Notes: generated from the letters alone by a model not told the origin. DNA of 64,000 nt from Diplonema japonicum (GCA_964019335.1 OZ025719.1:1-64000); one strand, 5' to 3'; shown: positions 52,209 through 64,000, numbered from the stretch's first letter. Numbers and translations: made by a program.

Positions 52209-54655
52209 ATGGTCGAGTCAGCAGCCGCTGACAAAACAGGAAGCGTCCCCACCGAGGAGGTCCTTCTGGCGGCAAAGAAGCCAACAATCCTTGAAAAGCG
52301 CATTATATACAGACACGGATTAACAACAGGAGTAGTGAAACCACCGCAGGGAGCCATCTTGCTCACAAGGGTACAACAAAAAGGGAAAAAGGCCAACGGA
52401 AACGGCCCCTCAATCACCATTGTCAAGGACCCCACACGCCCACAACCAGGCACGGAACTATGCGATGAAACAGAAGTCGATGCACTGATGGAATGGAAAA
52501 ACGTTAAAGGCGCGGACACCGGTTTGAGAAACACCAGCGTCACATGCTACATAAACGCGACCCTGCAGTGCCTTATTTACACACCTCCTCTTTCCAACTA
52601 CCTGTCAGGGTACAAAACAAGCCACAGAGGAGCAGGTGTCGATTGGCTGGAAATGGTATCATCCGTTACAAAATTCTCCATCTCGCCTCCAAAGCCACGA
52701 TCGGTGCACAACCCCATCGAATTCTCGAAGAATCTCCGACGACTTTCCACGACCCTCCGAAGGGGGAGACTCGAGGATGCACAGGAATTCCTTTCATTCT
52801 TAATCGACGCCTGTCACATGTACCAGTTGTCGAAGTACACTGATGTAAAGGACCCCCTTGTACAGGAAACAACCCCCATCAAAGCCATCTTCGGTGGTTT
52901 CTTCAAATCCGCGATCCAGTGGTCCAAAGCGGAAGAGATCGCCGAGCTGAAGAAAAAATCCGCGAAATCGAAAAAACCGGTTTCTCAAGACGCAATGGCG
53001 GCCCAACCACAGTCTGCCACATACGAACCGTTTACATGCTTAACATTGGAGATACAAGGACAATCGGTACAAAAATCGCTCCAACACTTTGCAAAGCCCG
53101 AGCAGCTCACTGGCGACAACAAGTACATCACCCCGTCTGGGGTTAAGGTCAACGCACAGAAATCATTCACAGTCTTCCGGTGCCCAAGGATTCTCATCGT
53201 GCATCTGAAGCGGTTCGTGTCTAACATGTGGGGCGACACAAAGAAGATCAACAAGTTCACTGAGTTCCCCACCGACCTTGACATGAAGAACTACACCTCT
53301 GGCCCCGTCAGCCATAGTTACAAGCTTTACGGTGTGGTGGTACACCAAGGCGGTGGGACAGAAAGCGGTCACTACATCTCCTTCATCACTGCTCCCAACG
53401 GAGCTTGGTACAGAATGGACGACGAGACCGTTACGCAAGTGTCATTAAACAGTGTGTTAAAACAACAAGCTTACATTCTGTTCTATACACGTGTGGGGAC
53501 CACCGGTGGTGAGAAGAAACCGACCCCATCATCGTCTCCGTCTCCTTCAGCACCGCCCTCCGGACCCGTTTCCTCCCGACAAAAAAAATTCGAAGAAAAA
53601 CGGCGTGAACTGGAAAAAGCTGAACACGCCAAACAACAAGAACGGGACGAGATAGAGGCGAAAAAGAAGGCGGAGGAAGAGGAGGAAAACAACAGAAAAA
53701 GAAAACTCGAAGCCGTTGTTCCCGAACAACGCCCGCCAAAGGCGAAGAAGCGCAAGATAGTCCGCAAGCTGGTGGCCATCGAGGAAAATACAACAAAGAA
53801 GGTTCCCAAGAAGAAACCCGTTGTTAGGGTTCAAACAGAAAAGGTTGAGAGTGCCCACCCTCCCGCCAAAAAGCAAAAGGTTAAAACATCAAAGAAGAGC
53901 AGATACGAGTCTGCGGCTTTGAACGCACAGTCTGCATTCGAAATGCCTAAGGACACAGAGGCGTATTGGAAAGACAGGCTTGAGGAGGACACACAGCAGA
54001 AGATCATGGTTCAAAGCCTTGAAGAAGACGAGCAAGGTGTCGTAGTTGATGAGGAAATGCAGAAATTTGGTGAAAAACTGCTCACCTCGACCGCAAGGGA
54101 AGACGCCGCTGCGGTTGCAGAATCGGCTGAAAAACCCTCGAAAAACAAAAGAAAGCGGCAAGAATTATCTGGCGAAGAAACTCCGTTGGAAAAAGCCAAG
54201 AAAGAGCTAGCCCCTATCAAGGCTGCGGCGATGCTGGAAGCCAGGTCGAAGAGTTCAACCCTTGCTTGGAACGGAGTGGATCAAACCGGGAGAAATAATC
54301 TGACGAAACAGAAAAAATCAAAGGCAATGGCGAAGTTGATTGTATGCACTTTCTTTCTTTCTTTCTTTTTTTTTTCTTCTTTTTTTTGCTAAACACATTT
54401 CTTCACTAGGCCGAGCGTGAGTGGAATCGCACCCTCGATCAGGGGAAACAGAAGAAACTTCCAAAATCTCAAAGGATTTCGAAGGGCCATGCGTCCGGCC
54501 ACACCACCTTCCAAGAAGGTTTCAACAGAAAACAAGATGAGCAACAAAAGGAAAAGGACGAAATGGCTGCAGGCACCTGGGTGCCTACAGAAGCTTCTGA
54601 CAGGTCTAAGAAAAAATTGAGTATGAAGAAAAGAGGAGAGGAATTCTTCAGTTAG
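52209..54655 (+). CDS. Ubiquitin-specific protease, USP36/USP42-like (intron 54342-54409)
   Basis: Cys box GLRNTSVTCYINATLQCL, EDAQEF, His box HQG...SGHY; the spliced C-terminus EWNRTLDQGKQKK resembles the USP36 nucleolar motif. Confidence 0.9.
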
Positions 54656-55166
54656 GAAAAGCAAAAAGCAACAAAAAAAAGTTTTTTTTCCATTTTTTTT
54701 TTTTTTTTTCATTCACCCTCTATATTCGTGTCATCAGTCGTCAAGCATTTCTTTTATTATTATTATACCTGTACACTTTTTTTTTTTTTTTTGTTTTCCC
54801 TTTTCCAATTTTATTTTTTAAAGCTAATGGTATCAAAGAAAACCCGAACATACATTTCTTTTCTTTTTAATTGTTTCTTTTCTTTCATTTTCTTTTTGCA
54901 TCCCCTGTATCATTCTGCCCCCCCACTTCATTTCCCCTCTCCTTTTCCATTACAACCCCTCGTTTCCTTTTAAAAAAAATCGCGAAATCTAAAACAAAAA
55001 AAGCAGTTGTGTGTTTTTCCTTTTTTTTTTCTTCTTCTTTGTCACATCTCTTTTTCTTCTTCTTTTTTCTTTGTCTTTTTAAAGCTATTCCGTGGTTTTT
55101 TTTTTTTTTTTTTTTTTTTTTTCAAATCGAAAACGACACCCAGGCAAAAACAAAAAAGAAAACAAG

Positions 55167-56006
55167 ATGTCGTGCTCCAAGATGCTACACACAGAGGATC
55201 CGCTCCAGAAGGGCGCCTTGCTGTTGAATCAGCTTCGGCACAACTCGCAGGAGGGTGTTCAGCTGAGGGGTGTCTCGGGTGAGGTCTCCGTGGAGAAGGT
55301 AATGGCGCTCCTTCCCAATTGCCTGTTCCCGAAGGAGCAGCACATGGTATCGAATACTGTGAATGGCTCGAAGGACATGGTGTTCTTCTACACACCTCAG
55401 GATGGGATGTCCATCAATGCAGCATGCAAGAATGTGTGGGAAAAGTTGGGGGGTCTGGTGACCGAGGTCAAAACAATCACCCTGAAAGCTACCGAGAGGA
55501 AGGAGGGCAAAGTTGTGATGATTCAAGCCCACTGCCCGTCATGCAGAACTGCTTGGAACGACAAGGACACCGAGAAGGCTGTGGGGTTGTTCGAGGATTG
55601 CAGCGGGATGGGCAAGGTGGGGCCAGATGACTTCCAGTTGGGCATATCGAAGAAGGGGAAGCGCACGCACATTCTTACCATCTACGTCAATATGAGCAGC
55701 CGTTCCAGTGCAGTGGATAAGGCCAACCCCTACAACCCGTGTATGGATGCAGTCGAGTGCAAGTTAGCTTCTGGTGAGACCGTTTACCTGTCGACTGTGC
55801 AGACCTCTCCTAAAAATGATTTCTTTCTCCACGAGAACAACGTTTCTGCCAGGTCCCCCCAGGTCAGCGACGACAGATTGGTCTCTGCGCCCCCGCAGGT
55901 TAAGGCTGTCCCTGCACAGATTGAGGCTGTCCCTACACAGGTTGTGCCCCACTACACATGGAGGTGGAACCCATACTCTGCAGCCGGCTACAACTACTGG
56001 TACTGA
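55167..56006 (+). CDS. Hypothetical protein
   Basis: GC-rich ORF of about 279 aa with a CPSC motif, 7-aa tandem repeats (QVKAVPA/QIEAVPT) and C-terminal WRWNPYS. Confidence 0.7.
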   Translation: MSCSKMLHTEDPLQKGALLLNQLRHNSQEGVQLRGVSGEVSVEKVMALLPNCLFPKEQHMVSNTVNGSKDMVFFYTPQDGMSINAACKNVWEKLGGLVTEVKTITLKATERKEGKVVMIQAHCPSCRTAWNDKDTEKAVGLFEDCSGMGKVGPDDFQLGISKKGKRTHILTIYVNMSSRSSAVDKANPYNPCMDAVECKLASGETVYLSTVQTSPKNDFFLHENNVSARSPQVSDDRLVSAPPQVKAVPAQIEAVPTQVVPHYTWRWNPYSAAGYNYWY

Positions 56007-56150
56007 ATGGAATGTGTGGTTTACAGCATACCCCCCTCCTTTTTTTTAAATGTCTTTCTTTTTGTTGTCAAGCCCGTTTTTAAAGCAAAGAAGAAATACT
56101 GGTGGTTCTCCCCGCGAATAGGCTTTTTTTTTTTTTTTTTTTTTTTTTTC

Positions 56151-56490
56151 TCTTGTGCACGTCAAGAGGAGGAGCCTGCTCCTTCTACGCGTCACATTTC
56201 CCATTTTTTTTTTATTTCCCACTCAGTGGGAAAGGGAGTTTTTCTTCTTTTTTTTTACACATATTTTTATCTTTTTTCGAAAAAAAAAAAAAAATGATTT
56301 TATAACTATATGCAACCTTTCGCAGCTTTTAAAATCTTTTTTCGCTCGCACGAACATCAAAGACATGAAGTCATATAGAATTATTATCTATTTTTTTCCT
56401 TTTTTTTCCTTGTTGCACGTCAAGAGGAGGAGCCTGCTCCTTCTACACGTCACACCTCCCTTTTTTTTTTATTTCCCATTCAGTGGGAAA
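56151..56490 (+). repeat. Two ~80-bp direct repeats flanking an AT foldback repeat (56266-56382)
   Basis: TGCACGTCAAGAGGAGGAGCCTGCTCCTTCTAC.CGTCACA...ATTTCCCA.TCAGTGGGAAAG at 56151-56233 and 56409-56490. Confidence 0.75.
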
Positions 56491-57144
56491 GTGGGGGGGT
56501 TTTTTTTTTCTTTTGCAGTGTCCCGAGAAAGAATGGAGGGAAACGAAAAAAAGTGTGCTTTGCCATACCTTACAATAACAAAGTACAAAACTATTCCCTA
56601 CCCCCCCGCTTTGCCCCTCTTCCCCCCCCCTTTTTTTTTCTCTGGCCCGTTTTTTTAGAAACAAAGAAGAAAAACTGGTGGATCGTGGTCTTCCCCCCTC
56701 GCGAATACGAAGGAGCTCTTGCTCCTTCTGGCACATTTCCCTTTTTTCTCTCTTATTTTCCGCTTAAAACTAGGAAAACAGGGAAAAGGGCTTATTTTTG
56801 TTTTCAGAATGTGCCCACCACCACCACTTTTACCCCACTTTATTTTAACTCATTTTTAAAAAAGGAAAAGAAGAAATAGTGATCGATTATTTCCGCCCCG
56901 AGGCGATAAGAGGCAGGGGGACATTCTTCCACGAAAAAAAAAAAAAAAAAAAAACCCTTTTTTACTTATTATGTTTCCCTCACAGGAAGAGAACAAAAGT
57001 AAAAAAAAAAAAAAAAAAAAAATTGGAAAAGACACCCCCCCCCCCCCCCCCCACTCTACCCTTTCTTTTTTTTTCACATCACTCTTTTCTTGACGAAAAA
57101 TGTTTCAGTGCACAGTAAAGGGGAAAAAAAAAAAGGAAAAAAAA

Positions 57145-60100
57145 ATGCTGGCGACGGCTTCGCTTTACGCGGCAGATGTGGTATACATGCCGCATAATAA
57201 GAATAAAAAGAAGGAGGGATTTCACGAGTTTCGGAAAAAGTTGAAGAAGGGAACCAAACAGCATCAACACCAGGAGGAGATACATTTCCCGCCGATAAAC
57301 AGGGAGGTGGAAGGGGAGAAAAAGGCCCACGGAACCCGGCACGCGGTGCGAGGAACGACCGACCACTTGGGACGCAGAGTTGTACCGAAGGAGGCACAGG
57401 CGTCTTCGAGAGTCCTGCAAAACTTAGTGAACCAGTGTGCCCTCACAAATTTACTAGCTGCGAAGCACGCTACAGGGACACAACCTGGGCTGGAGTCTCC
57501 CGTGATTGCTACAAGCGGGTCAGACACACAAGTCGATATCTTAGCCCTCATCAAGAAATGTACAACTCAAACTCAAGACACTTTGGACCTTTCTTACTCC
57601 GGTTTAACTGACACCAGCATGATTGTGCTGGGAAGCATTCTCAAGACACACCCCTCTGTGACATGTCTCGACCTTTCTGGGAACATCTTGACGGAGCACT
57701 CCTCTCCTCTTCTCGTGCAGATGGTCACTTGCAACAAGAACCTCCTCATTGTTCACACTTCCGGACTCGATCTCTCCCTCACCACTACCGCATTCATCCA
57801 GCAGCTTTGCGAAGCACACCAGCAACGCAGATGCGACATCGATGAACGAAAGGAACGACGAAAACTGAAAAAAGAAGTTAAAAAGTGGCGGAACAAACGG
57901 GAACAGGCTGTGAGAGATGTCATCATGCAGGAGAAGGAGCACAGGCAGACCGCCAAGACGGAGCGTGCTGCGTGGTTGGCCGACACGAAACTCACGTACA
58001 AAAAGGAAATCAACACCCTCCAACGAAAAGAAGACCGCGCCAAGCTGCGAAAGAAAAAACTCGCAGAACGTGCTGAAATCGAGTCACGAGAAGCCGATGC
58101 ACGCACAACCATGATCCAAAGCCTGCTGACATCTGAGGTGACGCTGCTAGAGGTGGAGGAACACGCTGTGCGGGACCTGTGGGTAGCACAACAACTGGCG
58201 TCACGCATCGGGCTTAAAAAAGGTGAAAACAGCAACTGGATCATCCAACGGCGCGCAGAGAAGCAACGCTTGAAGATGGAACAGGAGCAAAGGCTGGAAA
58301 TCGAAACACAAGAAACCGACACCCGCGTGGCATTCCATGGCAACTACGAGATTTCTGCAGCGCAGCTCGTGCAGTCGGGTGTCACGTCCTATGAACACTA
58401 CGAAGGGATTTACCAGGAGAGGATCGAGCGTGAACAGGCAGCGGAGTGGAAACGAAAACAAGAAGAGATGCGCATTGAAGCAGAGAAGCAATGGAAGCGC
58501 GACCGTGAAATCCGCGAGGCTGCCAAAAGGGAGATGGACAAACGGCGGGAGAGGGAACGCGAATGCCGCTCAGAACACTTGAAACGCACGGCGATCGAGA
58601 AGGAAGACGACAAACGGCGAGACATCATCTGCACCTTGCAGGCCATCGACAAGGGTGTCATCGCTGCAAGGGATAACTACTACAAAGCAGAAAGGATGCG
58701 GACAGCTCTCTACGCCGCCACACCGCAGCCGAAACTGCAAGCCACCGTTGACACAAAAGTGGTACACTTCACTGGGGAGTTCAGCGAGTACCTCCCCGTT
58801 CAGAAGGACCCCATGGTGGTTCTAGAAAGCCTAGCAGAGGCCAAATGGAAAGACGTCGAGAAACAAGTGAACACTGCTCGAAAGGCTCTGAAAGCAGAGG
58901 TAGCGGAAGCAAACAAAATACTTTGCACGAGAAGCATCGAGCTCGCTCCTGTTCTTCTGCCATCTTTGGAGATACCAGTTACCATCACGACACCCGGGGG
59001 AAGGGATAAGGAGAAGGAGAAGGAGAGGGAGAAAGAGCTCCAAGCAAAGATCGACGAAGTGTTTGACCGTGAGGCCATCATACACCACGACCCTGCACAG
59101 GTTGTGTTCAATGACCCGCCCAGCTTTGAGGAGGCGAAAGGAACAAAAATGACCATTTTAGGAGGAAGTCTAGAAGTCACCATACGCGACAGGGCAGAGC
59201 TCACAAAGAACGATCACATCCTTATCGGGAGCACGGTTACAAAGGGGAAGTGCACGGCCGTGTACCCTATCGAGAACGGGATGAACTTGCGCGACATAAA
59301 CATGCTTCTGAAGAGCGTCAAACACAGGAACGTGTCGCAGGGAGCTCTCTACGCCACGCGGCATGTAGCGATGAAGTTGACCCTATCGTTCAGCAGCCTG
59401 GGCGACGGTGTGTGCAATGATGTAGGAGAGATCATCACAAAGGAGCCCTTCACAGGCGCCATTGAGGTCAGCGCTTCATGCGTGACGCCTTTCCTCGTGG
59501 CGCCTGCGTTGCTGTACGCTCTGGCTCCTGACAGAACCCTCACATTTGTAGAAGGTACGCCTTTGGACAAAGCTGCTCTCTTCACCGATGTGACCGTGTC
59601 GGACCCTCCGGTGGTGACACCTGGCGATGAGCCCACCGTGCAAAAGTTCCCCGACAAAGCGTACCTTAATGGCATGCTGATCATTAAGGTGATTGAGAAC
59701 ACGAGCAACGACGACGAAATTGTGTTGCGGAGGTATTTTGAGGATGACATTGCGATACAGGACGACAAGCTGACGTACGGGGACCGCGGGGACGGGCCGT
59801 TCGTTGCGAACATCCTCACGGGGAACCTCATCACGCACAAGGACAGGGACGACAAACCGGCTGCAACGGGGCCTTTCAGCTCAGAGTTCCAGATCAAATT
59901 CACAAACGTGCTCTGCAAACCGGTCTTCATCAATAAATTACTGAAACGACTGCGATTTATAAACCAATCACAAAACCCTTCTACCCTGCGCAGAGTGGTG
60001 CGGATATCCTTGGTGCCTGACGGTCTGATGTACGGGTCGCACACTCATGTCATCATAAACGTGGTGAGCGAAGATGACCCCACACAGTTGGAGCTGACGA

Positions 60101-62538
60101 AGGACAAGCTTTATTACCGCCCGATGGGGCCAACGTCGATTCCGGATCAATTGAGGCAGCACTTGAAGAGGTCGGAGCTGACGCTGTTCCCTGGTGCGAA
60201 GGTTGAGGACCCTGACACATTCTTTGTCAAGAGCGGGTCCGTGAAGGTGTCGTGCACAGCAGGCACGACAAAGGGCGACCTCCTGTCCATCAGGGAAAGC
60301 GACGGCATCACCTTTAAGAGCAACACAGTTCTGTACCACGACACCCCGATGGGCGAGCTTGTTGACAACAACCTCCCCGACAGCTTCCTCCTTGTATTCG
60401 ACACAGAGAGCTACGCCTCGATTCAGTTCATTCAACAGGTCCTGCGAAACGTGTTCTACACAAACACACTGTATTCCCCTGCTGAGTCGTGGCGTACCTA
60501 TGAGCTAACCATCATGCTAGGGGCCTCTGCGGAAGAAGCCGCAGATGCAAACGAAGAACAAGAAGAAGAAGATGATGATGAAGGAAAAGAAGAAAAAGAA
60601 GAGGGAGGAAAAGAAGAAGAAGAGCAACAGATCTTAACAGAACGGATCGAGATGCGTGTCAGCATGGAACTGTTCGACGTCGGGTCGCATTGGAACCTCG
60701 AGTACAAGGAGGGCATGGGTGCTGTGAGGTTGGCTCCTTTCGACGTTTCCCCCGATCAGCAAGCCTTTGTTGAGAACTACACTGACGGGTACCTCCTCGT
60801 AGAGGTCGCGTCTGGGGGGAACGAAGACGATATTCTGAATGTCCGCGCACCACAGGGTGGAAAGGACGGCGATATAAAAATGGTGCTTCGAAATAACAAT
60901 GTTCTAGATGACGAGGATTACTACCTGCTGCGGGAATCCGTCAGCGAACCGCAAGTTACAGAAGAGGAGGAAAAAAAAGGCAATGAAGACTGCGAAATGG
61001 CTTCCTCACCACCACCGGAACCCTCTTTAAAACATGAGCTCAAACCGGACGACGACAAGCCCTTTGAACCAACACCTTTCGCGGCACCGCTGTCATTGAG
61101 AGACCGTATCCGGAGCAAGATACAACAAGCGGTTGCAGACCAACGGGTGAAAAGAGACAGTTTAATTGAAAAAACAAAGAGAGGGTTGCTTGCGATGAGA
61201 AAGGGTATTGACGAGCGTGCGGGGCACGGCGAGTTAACAGTCTCAGACGTCCTTTCAGGCGGGAAGAAAATAGGACTGCTTGTCATCACACCGACGAAGC
61301 TGTTGGTCAGGTTCGCGAGCAAATCTGTTAGCAGGAAAGACGTGCTGAGCGTGCTCAGGCTGCTGACGTACAGCAATCGGTCGAACGACCCTGATGTCCT
61401 GCAGAAGGTTTTGAGGATAACCTTGAAGGACTCCGGACAAGTCCCGACCCAGCTTCTTATCCAGATAGAGATACAGAACATCGACGATGTGACTGAGATC
61501 CGCCTGGCAAACACCCGTCCAAAATACAGACCAGGAATGAAAAAAATCGCGGATATCGGTTGTTTCCCTATCGCAGGGTTCCGAAAGGCCATTCTTGTCG
61601 ACCCCGACACTGAATATTTCGATGGCGGTGCGCTCATAGTGGAACTCGTGGGTGGTGGTGTGAAAGGAGACACGTTGGGGTTCATGACCGCCGAGCAACA
61701 GGAGCTCGCCCGTGTTGATGCGGATAAACACCTGGCAGAGATGCAGAAATTAAAGAGCACCAACACCTCGGAGACCGAGATATGGGAAACCCCCATTTAC
61801 TCCTCCTCTCTCTGCGTTAAAGGGAAGGTAATCTCTTTGGAGGATGGAGGCAGCCCCATCGCCACCATCGACAACCCGCGGTGTTCCGTGGCAGGGTGCA
61901 ACAACATTAAGCTCACCTTCACAAAGAACAACCCGTGCATCATAACCATCCAGATGGTGACTTATATGCTGAATTGTATCACGTACAACGCTTCGGACAA
62001 GCTGCAGACGGGGCAGCGGACGTATCTCATCAAAATACGAGATGCTGACAACCCTGTAGAAGGGAAGATGAAGTGTTTTGTGGACGTGTCGAAGCCCATA
62101 GCCAGCCACGTCACAACACGTAAGGGCAACAAAACCTGCGCTGTCTGTGAGCCCGTCACCATCCTCGACAAAGTAGCGGCCAGTGTTGTCGAGGGGAAGC
62201 CCACAGCAATGCTGCAACACGGATACACGCTGGTCAGCTTGCAGAAGGGTTTCTCCGAAGGCGATCAACTGCTAGTGAATAGTAGCAATACTAACATATC
62301 TGTGAAGGAAGGAAACGTATCCTTCGGAATGGACTTCGTCGGAAAAATTGCAACCAGTGCCTCCAAGCTGCGTGTGGAACACAGCTGGGCATCTAAGCTC
62401 ACCGCAAAGGCGCTTACAGCCTTACTCATGTCCATCCAACTCAAATGCGCCTCCCCCGGCCCCCGCACCATTGAGTTCCTCGTCTATGACGGAGTTGCCG
62501 ACCCCAGCTGCATCAGCGCTGTTATTGACGTGCAGTAG
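57145..62538 (+). CDS. Large protein: LRR + long coiled coil + repeated beta-sandwich-like modules
   Basis: LDLSYSGLTD and LDLSGNILTE LRRs; E/K/R-rich coil; recurring L..L.(Y/F).N.S..P....R...I.L motif. Confidence 0.85.
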   Translation: MLATASLYAADVVYMPHNKNKKKEGFHEFRKKLKKGTKQHQHQEEIHFPPINREVEGEKKAHGTRHAVRGTTDHLGRRVVPKEAQASSRVLQNLVNQCALTNLLAAKHATGTQPGLESPVIATSGSDTQVDILALIKKCTTQTQDTLDLSYSGLTDTSMIVLGSILKTHPSVTCLDLSGNILTEHSSPLLVQMVTCNKNLLIVHTSGLDLSLTTTAFIQQLCEAHQQRRCDIDERKERRKLKKEVKKWRNKREQAVRDVIMQEKEHRQTAKTERAAWLADTKLTYKKEINTLQRKEDRAKLRKKKLAERAEIESREADARTTMIQSLLTSEVTLLEVEEHAVRDLWVAQQLASRIGLKKGENSNWIIQRRAEKQRLKMEQEQRLEIETQETDTRVAFHGNYEISAAQLVQSGVTSYEHYEGIYQERIEREQAAEWKRKQEEMRIEAEKQWKRDREIREAAKREMDKRRERERECRSEHLKRTAIEKEDDKRRDIICTLQAIDKGVIAARDNYYKAERMRTALYAATPQPKLQATVDTKVVHFTGEFSEYLPVQKDPMVVLESLAEAKWKDVEKQVNTARKALKAEVAEANKILCTRSIELAPVLLPSLEIPVTITTPGGRDKEKEKEREKELQAKIDEVFDREAIIHHDPAQVVFNDPPSFEEAKGTKMTILGGSLEVTIRDRAELTKNDHILIGSTVTKGKCTAVYPIENGMNLRDINMLLKSVKHRNVSQGALYATRHVAMKLTLSFSSLGDGVCNDVGEIITKEPFTGAIEVSASCVTPFLVAPALLYALAPDRTLTFVEGTPLDKAALFTDVTVSDPPVVTPGDEPTVQKFPDKAYLNGMLIIKVIENTSNDDEIVLRRYFEDDIAIQDDKLTYGDRGDGPFVANILTGNLITHKDRDDKPAATGPFSSEFQIKFTNVLCKPVFINKLLKRLRFINQSQNPSTLRRVVRISLVPDGLMYGSHTHVIINVVSEDDPTQLELTKDKLYYRPMGPTSIPDQLRQHLKRSELTLFPGAKVEDPDTFFVKSGSVKVSCTAGTTKGDLLSIRESDGITFKSNTVLYHDTPMGELVDNNLPDSFLLVFDTESYASIQFIQQVLRNVFYTNTLYSPAESWRTYELTIMLGASAEEAADANEEQEEEDDDEGKEEKEEGGKEEEEQQILTERIEMRVSMELFDVGSHWNLEYKEGMGAVRLAPFDVSPDQQAFVENYTDGYLLVEVASGGNEDDILNVRAPQGGKDGDIKMVLRNNNVLDDEDYYLLRESVSEPQVTEEEEKKGNEDCEMASSPPPEPSLKHELKPDDDKPFEPTPFAAPLSLRDRIRSKIQQAVADQRVKRDSLIEKTKRGLLAMRKGIDERAGHGELTVSDVLSGGKKIGLLVITPTKLLVRFASKSVSRKDVLSVLRLLTYSNRSNDPDVLQKVLRITLKDSGQVPTQLLIQIEIQNIDDVTEIRLANTRPKYRPGMKKIADIGCFPIAGFRKAILVDPDTEYFDGGALIVELVGGGVKGDTLGFMTAEQQELARVDADKHLAEMQKLKSTNTSETEIWETPIYSSSLCVKGKVISLEDGGSPIATIDNPRCSVAGCNNIKLTFTKNNPCIITIQMVTYMLNCITYNASDKLQTGQRTYLIKIRDADNPVEGKMKCFVDVSKPIASHVTTRKGNKTCAVCEPVTILDKVAASVVEGKPTAMLQHGYTLVSLQKGFSEGDQLLVNSSNTNISVKEGNVSFGMDFVGKIATSASKLRVEHSWASKLTAKALTALLMSIQLKCASPGPRTIEFLVYDGVADPSCISAVIDVQ

Positions 62539-62679
62539 CCCTCTTCCGAGGGTTGCATCGTACTCCTCCTTTTTTTTTTTCTCTTTTGCTTCTCCCTCCT
62601 TTTTTTTTTTTTTTTCCTTTTCGATTTGTTTGAAGCTTGTCTACACGATGTCACATCAATCAGGAGCCATCTAAGCAAC

Positions 62680-63989
62680 ATGGGGTTGTTCAAGCTGTTC
62701 ACGGCCGGCGAGAAGGATGCCAGCAAGCTCGCCGCGATCCAGGCGCTAGCGGGCATGGTGAAGGCGAAGGTGCAGGACACCGCAGTTGATGTCAACAGCA
62801 TCACATACAGGCTGAACGCAAGCCCCATTGGCGTGAGCCCTGCACTTGAGACTGACGCAGGGTACGTGGCGGGTTTGAGCGGTGTGCTCTTCTACCTTGG
62901 TGAGCTCGGCGACCGCTCCCTTGTTGGGAGGACTGTCTATGAGCGTGCCTCGATAGCGTCGATGGTTGAGTTCGCTGTGGCGGAGGTGGGTTCTCTGAAC
63001 ATCCCGAAGCCCACTGCTGAGCACTCCGGTGTGATGAACGGCGTGCTTGGGGGGCTCAATGCCTGGCTCGAGAACAAGACCTTCCTCTGCTCCGAGAGGC
63101 TGAGCATCGCCGACCTCGCTCTTGCCTTCTCCCTCTTCCCTTTGTACCTGACTGTCCTCGACGCACCGTCAAGGGCGGGCTTCCCCGAGCTCAACAGGTG
63201 GATGGACACCGTTCTGAACCACCCCAACGTCAAGGCGCATGTGAAGGGTGCCCTGTGCGCCAAGGCGCCGGCTTGGTACAACGCAGCAGCAAAACCGCCT
63301 GTTGCGGTGACTGCCGCACTGAGCACTGCCGCACCGAAGGGTGGTGAAAAGAAGGAGGGGAAGAAGGACAAGGAAGGGAAGAAAGACAAGAAGAAGGATG
63401 GGAAGGAGCAGCCCGCTTGGAAGAAGGAAGCCTCGAAGAAGGCAGCGCCAGCGGAGCTGGACGGGAGCGCCTTCGACATCCGTGTGGGTGTGGTGAAGGA
63501 GGTGAGGAAGCACCCAGATGCCGACTCCTTGTACGTGGAGAAAATCGATGTAGGTGAGGCCGAGCCCAGGGAGATCTGCTCAGGGCTGGTGAACCACATG
63601 CCCCCGTCGGGGCTGGATGGCAAGACTGTGGTGGTGATGTGCAACCTGAAGCCGACCAAGATGCGAGGAATCTTGTCATGCGGGATGGTCATGTGCTCCA
63701 CGAGCGCCGAGGGGGAGGTCAAGCTGACCATGGCTCCTGAGAGCGCTTCTGCCGGCGATAAAATAATATTGGAGTCCCTTGACAACGGTAGTGAGAAGAC
63801 TCAGGTAAAGAGGAAGGGAAAAAAATAAATCACCATACACCTGCACAGATCCCCCCTAAGAAGCTCGACGCCATCCTCAACGAACTCCACGCTGATGCTG
63901 CCGGAAATGTGCTCTGGAAGGACGCCCCCTTCACCGTGAAGGGCAAGGGTGCGTGGAAGTCCGCGCACAACGGCGCGAAGGTGAAATAA
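62680..63989 (+). CDS. Arc1p/AIMP1-like aminoacyl-tRNA synthetase cofactor (GST-like + EMAPII/Trbp tRNA-binding domain; intron 63805-63848)
   Basis: LENKTFLCSERLSIADL, DIRVG, HPDADSLYVEKIDVGE and NLKPTKMRGILSCGMV; splicing restores IPPKK...WK C-terminus. Confidence 0.9.
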
Positions 63990-64000
63990 GAACGTGGTTT

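Noticed and set aside
62937-63785. Long minus-strand ORFs overlapping genes (also 20365-21297 and 60921-61796)
   Set aside because: Antisense shadows of GC-rich + strand CDSs with no motifs
1-64000. tRNA, rRNA or spliceosomal snRNA genes
   Set aside because: No recognisable conserved motifs seen by eye; a tRNAscan-SE/Infernal run would be needed to exclude them

Overview
Eukaryotic DNA, most likely from a diplonemid (Euglenozoa): it contains a diplonemid-type spliced-leader exon, all credible genes lie on the + strand as in a polycistronic cluster, intergenic DNA is rich in homopolymers, and the introns are tiny GT-AG introns. About 18 host genes are supported, including a purple acid phosphatase, an M64-peptidase/tetraspanin/EF-hand fusion, a PPP phosphatase, Vma12, an amidase, a DUSP, a RET1/RET2-like TUTase, PI31, a USP36-like protease and an Arc1p/AIMP1-like protein. 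A gene-free mobile-element island spans about 16.5-31 kb. The most notable biology is a set of retroposons apparently adapted to polycistronic transcription. (1) A full-length APE-RT non-LTR element begins with a spliced-leader exon, and its ORF1 and ORF2 are in frame, separated by one UGA and then a 2A-like DVHPNPGP motif. (2) A seven-copy non-coding SINE-like family starts at the predicted cleavage site of an HDV-like ribozyme and has interchangeable 3' tails. (3) These elements lie in sense orientation in or beside T tracts and end in oligo(T) rather than poly(A). All structures and homologies were judged by eye; no searches or folding programs were run.
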